Source: Parvibaculum sp.
Lineage (GTDB): Bacteria; Pseudomonadota; Alphaproteobacteria; Parvibaculales; Parvibaculaceae
Length of the DNA stretch: 64,000 nt
Assembly: GCF_049671045.1 (NCBI RefSeq)
Contig: NZ_JBATUH010000017.1
Coordinates: forward strand, 414 to 64,413
Direction: 5' to 3'
Position 1 is the first letter of the stretch. Each line of letters begins with the position of its first letter. The translations under genes were made by a program, and so were the position numbers. Shown piece after piece: positions 1 through 12,606 of this stretch. Under the pieces are notes generated by a model that saw nothing but the letters and a program-made list of their open reading frames with translations, did not search any database and was not told the origin of the DNA.

Positions 1-1
1 C

Positions 2-844
2 GACCGCGTCCGGGCGGCGCCCGATGCCCAATGGGCGCTCCAGGGCGACCGGGGCATCACCTATGCACGCCATCTGCCCGAGAATTCGACGCTTGCGAGC
101 GGCGCCTGGTGGCCTGCGGATTATGAGGGTCCGCTTCTCGTCTCCTTCGGCGACGATCTGGCGCGCGGGCTCGGGCTCAGGCTGGGCGACAGGCTCACGG
201 TCAATGTGCTCGGGCGCGAACTCGAGGCGCGGCTCGCCAATACGCGGTCGATCGACTGGCAGAGCCTCGGCATCAATTTCGTCATGATCTTTTCTCCCGG
301 CACGCTCGAGGCGGCACCCCATACCGAGCTTGCGACCGTGACCATGGCGCCCGAAGGAGAGGCGGCGCTAGAACGCGAGGTCACGGCCCGGTTTCCGAAC
401 GTGACCTCAGTGCGGGTCAAGGAGGCGCTCGAGGCGGTCAACGGCCTTCTCGGCCAGTTCTCGCTCGCCGTGCGGACGATCGGCATGGTGACGCTCGCCG
501 CCGGCATCCTCGTCGTCGCCGGGGCGATGGCGGCGGGTTTCCGAGCGCGGGTCCGGGACGCGGTCATCCTCAAGGTGCTGGGCGCGACGCGGGCGCGCAT
601 TCTCGGCATCTATGTCCGGGAATATGCGGTGCTTGGTCTTTCGACGGCGCTCGTCGCCGCCATTGCGGGCAGCGCGGCGAGCTATGTGGTCGTCACGCGG
701 ATCATGGAGCTTCCCTGGCATCCGCTGCCGGGCGTTCTCGCGGGCACGGTCGCTATCGCCACGGCGGCGACCGTCGGCCTCGGCCTTTCGGGCACCTGGC
801 GGGCGCTTTCCGCGCCCGCGGCGCCGGCCTTGCGCAGCGACTGA
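2..844 (+). CDS. ABC transporter permease, FtsX/YbbP-like, C-terminal part (5' end lies outside the window)
   Basis: Frame 2 is open from base 2 (DRVRAAPDAQWALQGDRGITYARHLP...). The C-terminal part has FtsX-type TM helices (VRTIGMVTLAAGILVVAGAMAAG..., LGLSTALVAAIAGSAASYVV). Confidence 0.75.
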   Translation, partial: DRVRAAPDAQWALQGDRGITYARHLPENSTLASGAWWPADYEGPLLVSFGDDLARGLGLRLGDRLTVNVLGRELEARLANTRSIDWQSLGINFVMIFSPGTLEAAPHTELATVTMAPEGEAALEREVTARFPNVTSVRVKEALEAVNGLLGQFSLAVRTIGMVTLAAGILVVAGAMAAGFRARVRDAVILKVLGATRARILGIYVREYAVLGLSTALVAAIAGSAASYVVVTRIMELPWHPLPGVLAGTVAIATAATVGLGLSGTWRALSAPAAPALRSD

Positions 845-979
845 CGGAGATTTGTTAACTTCCTGTCATCGTTGGAAAATCCGTCCGCCGGATCGGGCGG
901 GACAGCGGCCCATTTCCCTTGAATTCACCGTCCAAACAACCAATATTGTCCGCAAGCACTGCCAGGAGGGTGCATCGAT

Positions 980-1735
980 ATGGCCAATTTCGACCAAGAC
1001 AGGCTCAGCAGGACCGGCGCGGGCGTTCGCGAAGCTGCGATCGACCAGGGCCTGCGCAGCTACATGCTCAGCGTCTACAACTACATGGCGGCGGGCCTTG
1101 CCATTACCGGCGTTGTCGCGTGGTTTGCCTTCCAGGCGGCCGTGCAGCAGACGGCGGATGGCGCGCTTACGCTTTCGCCCTTCGGCGTCGCCCTCTACAC
1201 GAGCGCGCTGAAGTGGGTGGTTCTCTTCGCGCCGCTGGGGCTCGTTTTCTTCCTCAGCGCGAGGATCAGCCGGATGAGCGTTTCCGCCGCCCAGATCTCG
1301 TTCTGGGTCTTTGCGGGCCTCATGGGGCTTTCGCTGTCGAGCGCGTTCCTCGTCTATACCGGCACGAGCATCACGCAGACCTTCTTCGTGACCGCGATCG
1401 CCTTCGGCTCGCTCAGCCTCTACGGCTACACGACGAAGCGTGATCTTTCCGCCTTCGGCTCGTTTTTGTTCATGGGCCTGATCGGCATCATCGTCGCCTC
1501 GCTCGTCAATCTCTTCCTTCAGAGCTCGGCTCTCCAGTTCGCCGTCTCGGTGATCGGCGTGCTGCTCTTCGCGGGCCTCACCGCCTACGACACGCAGCGG
1601 ATCAAGGAGATGTACTGGGAAGGCGACGGCACGGCCGTCATGGGCAAGAAGGCGATCATGGGCGCGCTCGCGCTCTATCTCGACTTCATCAACATGTTCA
1701 TGTTCCTGCTGCAGTTCATGGGCGATCGCCGCTGA
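980..1735 (+). CDS. Bax inhibitor-1/YccA family membrane protein
   Basis: 251 aa with about 7 TM segments. N-terminus (QGLRSYMLSVYNYMAAGLAITG) and C-terminus (TAYDTQRIKEMY...ALALYLDFINMFMFLLQF) are typical of the BI-1/YccA family. Confidence 0.9.
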   Translation: MANFDQDRLSRTGAGVREAAIDQGLRSYMLSVYNYMAAGLAITGVVAWFAFQAAVQQTADGALTLSPFGVALYTSALKWVVLFAPLGLVFFLSARISRMSVSAAQISFWVFAGLMGLSLSSAFLVYTGTSITQTFFVTAIAFGSLSLYGYTTKRDLSAFGSFLFMGLIGIIVASLVNLFLQSSALQFAVSVIGVLLFAGLTAYDTQRIKEMYWEGDGTAVMGKKAIMGALALYLDFINMFMFLLQFMGDRR

Positions 1736-1760
1736 ACCCGCGACACGGACGGAATAGGGA

Positions 1761-1793
1761 AAGCCCCGGAGGAAACTCCGGGGCTTTTCGTTT
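1761..1793 (+). terminator. Rho-independent terminator after the BI-1/YccA gene
   Basis: 10-bp stem AAGCCCCGGA / TCCGGGGCTT, loop GGAAAC, followed by TTTTCGTTT. Confidence 0.6.
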
Positions 1794-1858
1794 GGGGGCG
1801 CGGGTCGTTTGGGGGTGCGGGTCGTTTGGGGATGCGCGACGTTTATGGATGCGGGGTG
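1791..1858. repeat. Tandem repeat, 17 bp x 4, progressively degenerate
   Basis: Units are TTTGGGGGCGCGGGTCG / TTTGGGGGTGCGGGTCG / TTTGGGGATGCGCGACG / TTTATGGATGCGGGGTG. It lies between convergent genes. Confidence 0.75.
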
Positions 1859-1866
1859 CCGCCTTC

Positions 1867-2265
1867 CTAGCCGGTGACGAGGCGGAGCACGCGTTTCTCG
1901 AAGACCTTGAGCACCTGCTTCAGATCATGGCCGCGCTTCAGCACGAGGCCCGTCGCGGCGACGACGCTGTATGCGCCCTGGCGTCGCGCGAGCTTCGGGC
2001 GCTTCTCGATGCGGAACAGCGGCTGCTCGCTGGTGCGTCTGTGGACGGCGAAGACGGCGACATCGCGCGTCGAGCCGATCGCATAGTCACGCCATTCGCC
2101 CTCGACTACCTTGCGGCCATAAACGGTGAGGATCGCGTCGAGCTCGGCCCGGTTGAAGAATATGTCGGGCTCGCGGAGCTGTTTCGGCGGCGCCTGCGTC
2201 GACGAAATGACGAGGCTCAGCGAGCCGCGCTCGCTATCGGGCCCTCCCTCGGCGCTGTCGGTCAT
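1867..2265 (-). CDS. DUF2794-like small conserved protein
   Basis: Listed ORF is 1867..2418. I chose the internal ATG at 2265 (MTDSAEGG...) because AAGGGAGGA lies ~9 nt upstream. The conserved core is FFNRAELDAILTVYGRKVVEGEWRDYAI; family assignment is from memory. Confidence 0.6.
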   Translation of the reverse strand: MTDSAEGGPDSERGSLSLVISSTQAPPKQLREPDIFFNRAELDAILTVYGRKVVEGEWRDYAIGSTRDVAVFAVHRRTSEQPLFRIEKRPKLARRQGAYSVVAATGLVLKRGHDLKQVLKVFEKRVLRLVTG

Positions 2266-2739
2266 GCGCGGCCGTCCTCCCTTATTGCGGGCTCGCCGTC
2301 GAGGCCGGAGCCGCTCTCCGCGGGAGCGGATTTCCGCCTTTCGAGGCTTTTCCCGATCGGGCCCATAATCACAATATTGCCTTTTTTCAGCCCTTGCGAG
2401 GCCACACTGGACCGACATTCTAGCACCGTTGCCTCACTGGCCCGGTCCTCATGGAAGTTCCGGTATCATCAGCCCCCCCAGCCCCACCGGGATGGATTTA
2501 GGGGACCGGGCCACCCCTTCAAGGCAATGTTCCCCGCTTTGAATGCTTGCGCTGCCCGGTCCTCCACCCGGGCGGCGTTCGCATGCGCGCATGGCGCACG
2601 ATGAAACATCTTTCACTTGAGGGGTTCATTGCCTTGGCCTACACATCTCGGAGCCCATTTCGAGATCCTTGGCAGGGGGAGGCGAGGCTCGAGGCATGTG
2701 CCCGATCCTCCAGGAGCAGGCGTCATCATTCAGTCCAGC

Positions 2740-3756
2740 ATGCAGACGGCGAATAGCAAGGTGGCCGAAGGCGAGGAAATGATCTTCATCGATGGGTTGG
2801 TGAAGCGTTTCGGGCCTTTCACGGCGGTCGACGGCATCAGTTTCAGCGTCTCGCGCGGCGAGGTTCTCGGCTTTCTCGGGCCGAACGGCGCGGGCAAATC
2901 CACGACGATGAAGATGATCACCGGCTTCCTCGCGCCGAGCGAGGGAACGGCCTCGATCCGCGGGCACGACATCGTCACCGAACGGCTCGCCGCCCAGCGC
3001 ATGATCGGCTATCTGCCCGAAGGCGCGCCCGCCTATGGCGACATGACGCCGCGCGGCTTCCTCAAATTCATCGCCCGCATCCGCGCGCTTTCGGGCGCCG
3101 CCGCCGAGCGCGCCATCGCCGAGGCAGTCGAGGCGACGGAGCTTCAGGGCGTGCTCGACCAGCCGATCGACACGCTCTCCAAGGGGTTCCGCAGGCGCGT
3201 CGGTCTTGCCCAGGCGATCCTGCACAATCCGCCCGTCCTCATCATGGACGAGCCGACCGACGGCCTCGATCCCAACCAGAAGCACGAGGTCCGCAAGCTC
3301 ATCGCCCGCATGGCGGCGGAGAAGGCGATCATCATCTCGACCCATATTCTGGAAGAGGTCGACGCCATCTGCACGCGCGCGCTCATCATTGACCGCGGCC
3401 GCATCGTCGCCGACGGGACGCCCGCCGAACTCATTTCGCGCTCGCGCTATCACAATGCCGTGTCGCTGACCGTTGGCGGCCAGATGACGGCGGCGGCGGC
3501 CGAGGCGCTGAAGGCGCTGCCCGGCATCGAGAGCATCGAAATCCATCCGCGCGGCAGCGAGACGACCTTCACCCTCTTCCCGCTGCGCGAGGCGAGCGCC
3601 GCGGGCGCCAAGCTCATCGACGCGGTCGCCGCGCTCGCGCATGAGATGAACTGGCCGGTGCGCACGCTTTACGGCGAACCCGGCCGCCTCGACGAGGTCT
3701 TCCGCAAGCTCACGCGCTCCGATACGGCCGACAATCAGGAAAAGAACGCCGCATGA
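2740..3756 (+). CDS. ABC transporter ATP-binding protein (ABC-2/GldA-like)
   Basis: Walker A GPNGAGKST, signature LSKGFRRRV, Walker B LIMDEPTDGLD. Start chosen at ATG 2740 inside listed ORF 2617..3756. The stop overlaps the next gene's start. Confidence 0.9.
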   Translation: MQTANSKVAEGEEMIFIDGLVKRFGPFTAVDGISFSVSRGEVLGFLGPNGAGKSTTMKMITGFLAPSEGTASIRGHDIVTERLAAQRMIGYLPEGAPAYGDMTPRGFLKFIARIRALSGAAAERAIAEAVEATELQGVLDQPIDTLSKGFRRRVGLAQAILHNPPVLIMDEPTDGLDPNQKHEVRKLIARMAAEKAIIISTHILEEVDAICTRALIIDRGRIVADGTPAELISRSRYHNAVSLTVGGQMTAAAAEALKALPGIESIEIHPRGSETTFTLFPLREASAAGAKLIDAVAALAHEMNWPVRTLYGEPGRLDEVFRKLTRSDTADNQEKNAA

Positions 3757-4487
3757 GAGAGCTTGCAGCCATTTTCCGCCGCGAGCTTGGCGGCTATTTC
3801 GCGACGCCGCTCGCCTTCGTCTTCATCGTGATCTTTCTCTTCACGATGGGCGCCTTCACCTTCTACATGGGCGGCTATTTCGAGTCCGGCCAGGCCGATC
3901 TCCAGATCTTCTTCAACTTCCACCCCTGGCTCTATCTCTTCCTCATTCCCGCGATCTCGATGCGCCTATGGGCGGAGGAGCGCCGCACGGGCTCGATCGA
4001 GCTTCTGCTGTCGCTGCCCATTCCGCTCTGGGCGGCCGTGCTCGGCAAGTTTCTCGCCGCATGGGCCTTTTCCGGCATCGCGCTCGCGCTCACCTTTCCG
4101 ATGTGGCTCACGGTCAACTATCTCGGCGACCCGGACAATGGCGTGATCGTCGCCGGCTATATCGGCAGCTTCTTCATGGCGGGCGGCTATCTCGCCATCG
4201 GCTCCTGCCTGTCGGCGACGACGAGGAACCAGGTCATCGCCTTCGTCATTAGCGTCGTCGTCTGCTTCCTCTTCACGGTCGCGGGCCTTCCGCTCGTCAC
4301 CGATTTCTTCGCCAGCTGGGTGCCGCAGGAGGTGCTCAACACCATCGCCTCCTTCTCCTTCCTCACCCATTTCAACGCCATCACGCAGGGCGTCATCGAT
4401 CTGCGCGATGTCATCTACTTCTTCACGCTGATCGCCACATGGCTCATCGCCTGCGGCATCGTCGTCGACATGAAGAAGGCGGGGTAG
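3753..4487 (+). CDS. ABC-2 type transporter permease (GldF-like)
   Basis: 244 aa, polytopic membrane protein. ATGA overlap with the upstream ATPase gene. Confidence 0.85.
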   Translation: MRELAAIFRRELGGYFATPLAFVFIVIFLFTMGAFTFYMGGYFESGQADLQIFFNFHPWLYLFLIPAISMRLWAEERRTGSIELLLSLPIPLWAAVLGKFLAAWAFSGIALALTFPMWLTVNYLGDPDNGVIVAGYIGSFFMAGGYLAIGSCLSATTRNQVIAFVISVVVCFLFTVAGLPLVTDFFASWVPQEVLNTIASFSFLTHFNAITQGVIDLRDVIYFFTLIATWLIACGIVVDMKKAG

Positions 4488-4491
4488 GGCC

Positions 4492-6444
4492 ATGCTGAAG
4501 TCGCTGAACCGCACACATCTGCGTTCGAGCTACGGCCTGGCGACGCTGGTGCTCCTTGCCGTGTTCTTCATCGCGGTCAATCTCTTCTCGAACATCGTCT
4601 TCCGCTCGGCGCAGGCCGATCTCACTCAGAACCGCCTCTTCACGCTTTCGCAGGGCACCGAAAACGTGCTGGCGAAGATCGACGAGCCGATCACGCTCAA
4701 ATTCTTCTATTCGGAATCGCTCGCGACCGATTTTCCGCAGATCAGGACCTATGCGAACCGCGTCCGCGACCTGCTGCAGGAAATCCGCGCCCGCTCGCAT
4801 GGCAAGGTGATCCTGCAGGTCATCGACCCCGAGCCCTTCTCCGAGCAGGAAGATCTCGCCATGTCGCTCGGCCTCAAGGGCGCGCGGACGACCGAGGGCG
4901 AGGTCATCTATTTCGGTCTGGTCGGCACCAATCTCGTCGATGGCATCGAGGCGGTTCCCTTTTTCTCTTCCGCCCGCCAGCAATATCTCGAATATGACGT
5001 GACGCGGCTCATCCAGAATCTGAGCCGCCCGAAGAAGCCCGTGCTCGGCATCGTCACGAACCTGCCGATGGATACGGGCGCGGGCGGGCTCATGGAGGCG
5101 ATGCGCGGCAACTCGCAGCCCTTCATGATCTATCAGGAGCTTCAGAACCGCTTCGAGATCAATTTCCTCGAGCAGAAATTCGTCAAGGTGCCGAGCAAGG
5201 TCGATGTGCTGCTGATCGCCCATCCGCGCCAGCTCGATGAAAGCACGCTCTACGCCATCGACCAGTTCGTGATGCGCGGCGGCCGCGTCATGGCCTTCGT
5301 CGACCCTCATTCGGAAGTGAGTCTCACGGCGGGGCCCGGCGGCCAGCCCGTGCAAGGCTATACGGAAGCGTCGAACCTCGAGCCGCTTCTGACCACATGG
5401 GGCGTCGAGTTCGATCCGAAGCATGTCGTCGGCGACCGGGACCTCGCCATGCGCGTGCAGACGGGGCTCGATGCGCGGCGGCAGACGAGCGACTATGTGC
5501 TCTGGATGACCGTGCCGAAGTCCAATCTCGATCAGGACGACATCGTGACGGCGAATGTCGATCATCTGAACTTCGCCACGGCGGGCGCTCTCTTGCCGGC
5601 GAAGGGCGCGAGCACGAAGTTCACGCCGCTCATCTGGTCGACGGAGGATTCCGAACTTTACGATCTCGACTATGTGAAGTCGGGCCCGACGCCGGACGAT
5701 CTCCTCAGCCGCTTCAAGGCCGACAATCAGCGCCACGTCATCGCGGCGCGCATTTCGGGTCCGCTGAAGAGCGCCTTCACGACAACGCCGCCGCCGCCGA
5801 CCGGCGTTTCGGAGAAGAGCCAGACTTCGGACGCGGCCGACAAGCCGGACGAATATGTCGGCGCGACGAAGAGCGACGCCAATATCATCGTCGTTGCCGA
5901 TTCCGACATTTTCGATGACCGCTTCTGGGTCCAGATCCAGTCAGACGGCGCCGACCGCGTGGCGCAGCCCTTCGCCGACAATGCGAAGTTCGTGCTCTCG
6001 GCCATCGACAATCTCATGGGGTCGGACGATCTCATCTCGCTCAGGGCGCGCGAGCGCGCCGACCGGCCGTTCGTCGTCGTCGACAATCTGCGGCGCGAGG
6101 CCGACCGGCAGTTCCTCGCCGAGCAGGAAAGGCTCAAGGCGAAGATTTCCGAAACCGAGCGGCGGCTCGCCGCGCTTCAGACCGAGGGCCCGAACGGCGC
6201 GGTGGAGCAGTCTTCCGATCCGCATGCGCAAGAGGAGATCGCGCAGTTCCGGGCCGAGCTTCTCCAGAGCCGCAAGGCGCTGCGCGATGTCGAGCGCAAC
6301 CTCCGCCGCAATATCGACCGGCTCGCGACCGAAGTGCGCTTCGTCAATGTGGCGCTGATGCCCGTTCTCGTCGCGGCGCTCGCTCTCGTGCTGGCCGTCA
6401 TTCGCCATCGCCGCCGCAAGGCGCGCGCGGCCAAGGGGGTGTGA
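4492..6444 (+). CDS. GldG-like ABC transporter auxiliary protein (ABC_transp_aux type)
   Basis: 650 aa with an N-terminal TM, a large periplasmic domain (LLIAHPRQLDESTLYAIDQFVMRGGRVMAFVDP), a C-terminal coiled coil and a TM anchor. Positioned directly after the ABC-2 ATPase/permease pair. Confidence 0.8.
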   Translation: MLKSLNRTHLRSSYGLATLVLLAVFFIAVNLFSNIVFRSAQADLTQNRLFTLSQGTENVLAKIDEPITLKFFYSESLATDFPQIRTYANRVRDLLQEIRARSHGKVILQVIDPEPFSEQEDLAMSLGLKGARTTEGEVIYFGLVGTNLVDGIEAVPFFSSARQQYLEYDVTRLIQNLSRPKKPVLGIVTNLPMDTGAGGLMEAMRGNSQPFMIYQELQNRFEINFLEQKFVKVPSKVDVLLIAHPRQLDESTLYAIDQFVMRGGRVMAFVDPHSEVSLTAGPGGQPVQGYTEASNLEPLLTTWGVEFDPKHVVGDRDLAMRVQTGLDARRQTSDYVLWMTVPKSNLDQDDIVTANVDHLNFATAGALLPAKGASTKFTPLIWSTEDSELYDLDYVKSGPTPDDLLSRFKADNQRHVIAARISGPLKSAFTTTPPPPTGVSEKSQTSDAADKPDEYVGATKSDANIIVVADSDIFDDRFWVQIQSDGADRVAQPFADNAKFVLSAIDNLMGSDDLISLRARERADRPFVVVDNLRREADRQFLAEQERLKAKISETERRLAALQTEGPNGAVEQSSDPHAQEEIAQFRAELLQSRKALRDVERNLRRNIDRLATEVRFVNVALMPVLVAALALVLAVIRHRRRKARAAKGV

Positions 6445-7559
6445 GCGTGGCGACAGATTTCCGGACCGTCTGGACCAACCGTCCGCTTCGCAATCTTCTG
6501 CTGCTTGCGCTCGCAACGCTCGTCGCCGTGGTCGCGGCGAGCGTCGCCGTCGTCACGCAGGAGCGCGGCGTGCGCGTGCGGTTCGAGCCGCGCGCGATGT
6601 TTCCCGGGCTCGAGACCCAGCTCGACCGCGTGTCGAAGGTCACCTACACGCTCGGCCGCGGCATCAGGGGCGTCGACAAGATCACGCTCGAGCGCGCGCC
6701 CGGCGGCAAGTGGACGGTCGCCAACCGCAAGAACTATCCCGCCCAGCAGGATCTCGTGCAGAAGCTCCTCATCGGCGTCTCCGAGATCAATCTCTATGAG
6801 CCGCGCACGGCGCGGGCCGAATGGCACCGCAATCTCGGCCTGCTCGCGCCCGAGGATCTCGGCACGGCGACGCGGGTCGAATTCTTCGATGCCAAGGGCG
6901 AGCGCATGGCCGCATTGCTCGCCGGCAAGGTGCCCGACCAGACCGGCGATGCGCGCGGGCAGGGCATGATCTATGTGCGCCGCGACGGCGAGGACCAGAC
7001 CTATCTCGCGCGGGGGCGTCTGCCGCTCTTCCAGTCCGCGCAGGAATGGCTCGATACGAAGTTCCTCGACATAGCGCGCAGCGAGATCGCGCGCGTCACG
7101 CTCTGGGCGGGCACGGACAATCCGATCATCATCGGCAGGGCCTCCGCCGACGACAACGACTTCGTGCTGGAGAACATTCCGAAGGGCCGCGTCACGCGCG
7201 GCGCGCCGATCGTCAATGGCGCGGCGACCACCATCGTCGATCTCACATTCGACGATGCGGTGCCCGCGGGCTCGCTCGACTTCACGGCGATCTCGCCCAA
7301 GGCTGTCTTCGAAACTTTCGACGGGCTGCGTCTCACGATGGAGCTTACGGGCGGCGGCGGCGCGCTCTGGGCGAAGGTCACAGCCGAGGCCGATCCGGCG
7401 ATCGCCCGGCCGGGCGCGGACGCGAAGGCCGCCGAAACCAAGGCCGCGGAGATCAATGCGCGGGTCAAGGACTGGCTCTACAAGCTGCCGCAGCAGGCGG
7501 GCAACCAGCTCACGCAGTCCATGGATCAGCTCACGCATGAGGCGGGGCTCGAAAACTGA
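6441..7559 (+). CDS. DUF4340-like protein
   Basis: GTGA overlap with the GldG-like gene. N-terminal TM anchor then a beta-rich soluble part. This is the usual fourth gene of such clusters; family call is from memory. Confidence 0.65.
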   Translation: MSVATDFRTVWTNRPLRNLLLLALATLVAVVAASVAVVTQERGVRVRFEPRAMFPGLETQLDRVSKVTYTLGRGIRGVDKITLERAPGGKWTVANRKNYPAQQDLVQKLLIGVSEINLYEPRTARAEWHRNLGLLAPEDLGTATRVEFFDAKGERMAALLAGKVPDQTGDARGQGMIYVRRDGEDQTYLARGRLPLFQSAQEWLDTKFLDIARSEIARVTLWAGTDNPIIIGRASADDNDFVLENIPKGRVTRGAPIVNGAATTIVDLTFDDAVPAGSLDFTAISPKAVFETFDGLRLTMELTGGGGALWAKVTAEADPAIARPGADAKAAETKAAEINARVKDWLYKLPQQAGNQLTQSMDQLTHEAGLEN

Positions 7560-7624
7560 CATCGGCCGGCGCCAGGCTGCGCGGGCCTTTCTTCCGGCTG
7601 CCGGCATCAGGCACAGCGGCAAAC

Positions 7625-7656
7625 AAAAAGGGCGCTCCCGAGGGAGCGCCCTTTTC
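7625..7656. terminator. Bidirectional rho-independent terminator (DUF4340 gene / acnA)
   Basis: GGGCGCTCCC / GGGAGCGCCC stem flanked by an A-run on the left and TTTTC on the right, between convergent genes. Confidence 0.6.
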
Positions 7657-7676
7657 ACGTTCTGGCGATATGCGCG

Positions 7677-10898
<3,222 letters not shown>

Positions 10899-11120
10899 TC
10901 CAAAGTTCCTTGATGCTGCCGGCCCGGGCTGGCGGGAGAGGGGCCTCGAGGGGTGCCCGCGCGGAGAATGCGCCGGGGCCCCGGATCGCCGCCGCTTTAC
11001 GCCGATGGGCCTATATGCTTAACGCGCGAGACTATAATGTCTTTCGAGTGTGAACGCTATGCTTCGCCCGCCGGATGACGGGTGATAATGAATGTGCAGT
11101 GAAGACGCAGGGAGAGCGGC

Positions 11121-11957
11121 ATGGCAGCGGTTCGTGTAGAGAAAGATGGTCCGGTCACGACGGTCATTCTGAACCGCGCCGACGTGAAGAATGCGGTCGA
11201 CAGGCCGACGGCGGTGGCGCTCGCCGATGCGTTTCTCGACTTCGAAAAGGACGAGGGGGCGCTCGTCGCCGTCTTCGCGGGCGATCACGGCACGTTTTGC
11301 GCGGGCGCCGATCTCAAGGCGGTGTCCGAAGGTGGCGCCCAAGGGCGTGGCGGCGACGGAGTGCACCGCAGCAATCGCACCACGCCTCCCGGAACCGGCC
11401 TCGATTTCGACAGGCTCGCGGCCGACGGTCCCATGGGGCCGTCGCGCATGGTGCTCTCCAAGCCGGTGATCGCGGCGGTTTCGGGCTATGCGGTCGCGGG
11501 CGGGCTCGAACTCGCGCTCTGGTGCGACATGCGGGTCGTCGAGGAGGATGCGCAGATGGGCGTCTTCTGCCGCCGCTGGGGCGTGCCGCTCATAGATGGC
11601 GGCACGGTGCGCCTGCCGCGCCTCATAGGGCACTCGCGCGCCATGGATCTCATCCTCACCGGCCGCGCGGTCGGCGCGGAGGAGGCGCTCGCCATGGGGC
11701 TTGCCAATCGCATCGCGCCGAAGGGGCAGGCACGCGCGGAGGCCGAACGCCTCGCCGCCGACATTGCGCGCTTCCCGCAGCTCTGCCTGCGCCATGATCG
11801 CATGTCGGCCTATGAACAATGGGACCTGCCCTTCGATCGGGCGATGGCCAATGAATTCGAGCATGGCCGCAAGGTTCTCGCCTCGGGCGAAACCTTCAGG
11901 GGCGCGGCGCGCTTCGCAAGCGGCAAGGGGCGGGGCGGAAGGTTCGATGAAATCTGA
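11121..11957 (+). CDS. Enoyl-CoA hydratase/isomerase (crotonase) family protein
   Basis: VTTVILNRADVKNAVD...FCAGADLKAV...PVIAAVSGYAVAGGLELALWCD are crotonase-fold motifs. Confidence 0.85.
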   Translation: MAAVRVEKDGPVTTVILNRADVKNAVDRPTAVALADAFLDFEKDEGALVAVFAGDHGTFCAGADLKAVSEGGAQGRGGDGVHRSNRTTPPGTGLDFDRLAADGPMGPSRMVLSKPVIAAVSGYAVAGGLELALWCDMRVVEEDAQMGVFCRRWGVPLIDGGTVRLPRLIGHSRAMDLILTGRAVGAEEALAMGLANRIAPKGQARAEAERLAADIARFPQLCLRHDRMSAYEQWDLPFDRAMANEFEHGRKVLASGETFRGAARFASGKGRGGRFDEI

Positions 11958-12606
11958 GAGCGGCGCGCCCGTTTCCCCCCTGCGCCTCACGGCGGAGAAC
12001 CTTGCCTGCCAGCGCGGCGGACGGGTGGTCTTCCGGCGGCTGTCCTTCGAGGTCCAGGCGGGCGAGGCGCTCGTCGTGACGGGCCCCAATGGCGCGGGAA
12101 AATCGAGCCTCCTGCGTCAGATCGCCGGCCTCGTCGAGATCGCGGAAGGTCGCCTCGCTCTCAATGGCGGCGATCCCGAACGGAGCCTGCCGGAGCAGGC
12201 GCATTATGTGGGTCATCTCGATGCGCTGAAGCCCGCCATGAGCGTGCGTGAGACAGCGGAATTCTGGTCTGATTTTCTCGGCGGCGATGAAGCCGATATC
12301 GGCCATGCGCTGGAACGGCTCGATCTCGCGGGTCTGACGGCGCTTCCCGTCGCCTATCTCTCCGCCGGCCAGCGGCGGCGGCTTGCCCTTTCGCGCCTCC
12401 TGCTCGCGCCGCGCCCGCTCTGGCTCCTCGACGAGCCGAGCGTCGCGCTCGACCGCGCGAGCCTTGCCCGGCTCACCGCGCTCATGGAAGCGCATCTCGC
12501 GGAAGGCGGGATCATCGTCGCGGCGACGCATCAGGAACTGGGGCTTGCGAGCGCGCGACCTCTCGTCCTCGGTCCGCAGCGCGCGACCGCGGAGGCGCCG
12601 GCATGA
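11947..12606 (+). CDS. ccmA: Heme ABC exporter ATP-binding protein CcmA
   Basis: Internal ATG at 11947 of listed ORF 11701..12606 (MKSESGAP...). Walker A GPNGAGKSS, signature LSAGQRRRL, Walker B WLLDEP. Followed by ccmBCDG. Confidence 0.9.
   Translation: MKSESGAPVSPLRLTAENLACQRGGRVVFRRLSFEVQAGEALVVTGPNGAGKSSLLRQIAGLVEIAEGRLALNGGDPERSLPEQAHYVGHLDALKPAMSVRETAEFWSDFLGGDEADIGHALERLDLAGLTALPVAYLSAGQRRRLALSRLLLAPRPLWLLDEPSVALDRASLARLTALMEAHLAEGGIIVAATHQELGLASARPLVLGPQRATAEAPA

Noticed and set aside
1791-1858. Tandem repeats checked as a possible CRISPR array (also 60959..61005 and 10350..10898)
   Set aside because: The units are directly adjacent with no unique spacers, are too short (15-17 bp) or are coding (84 bp), and no cas genes are present.
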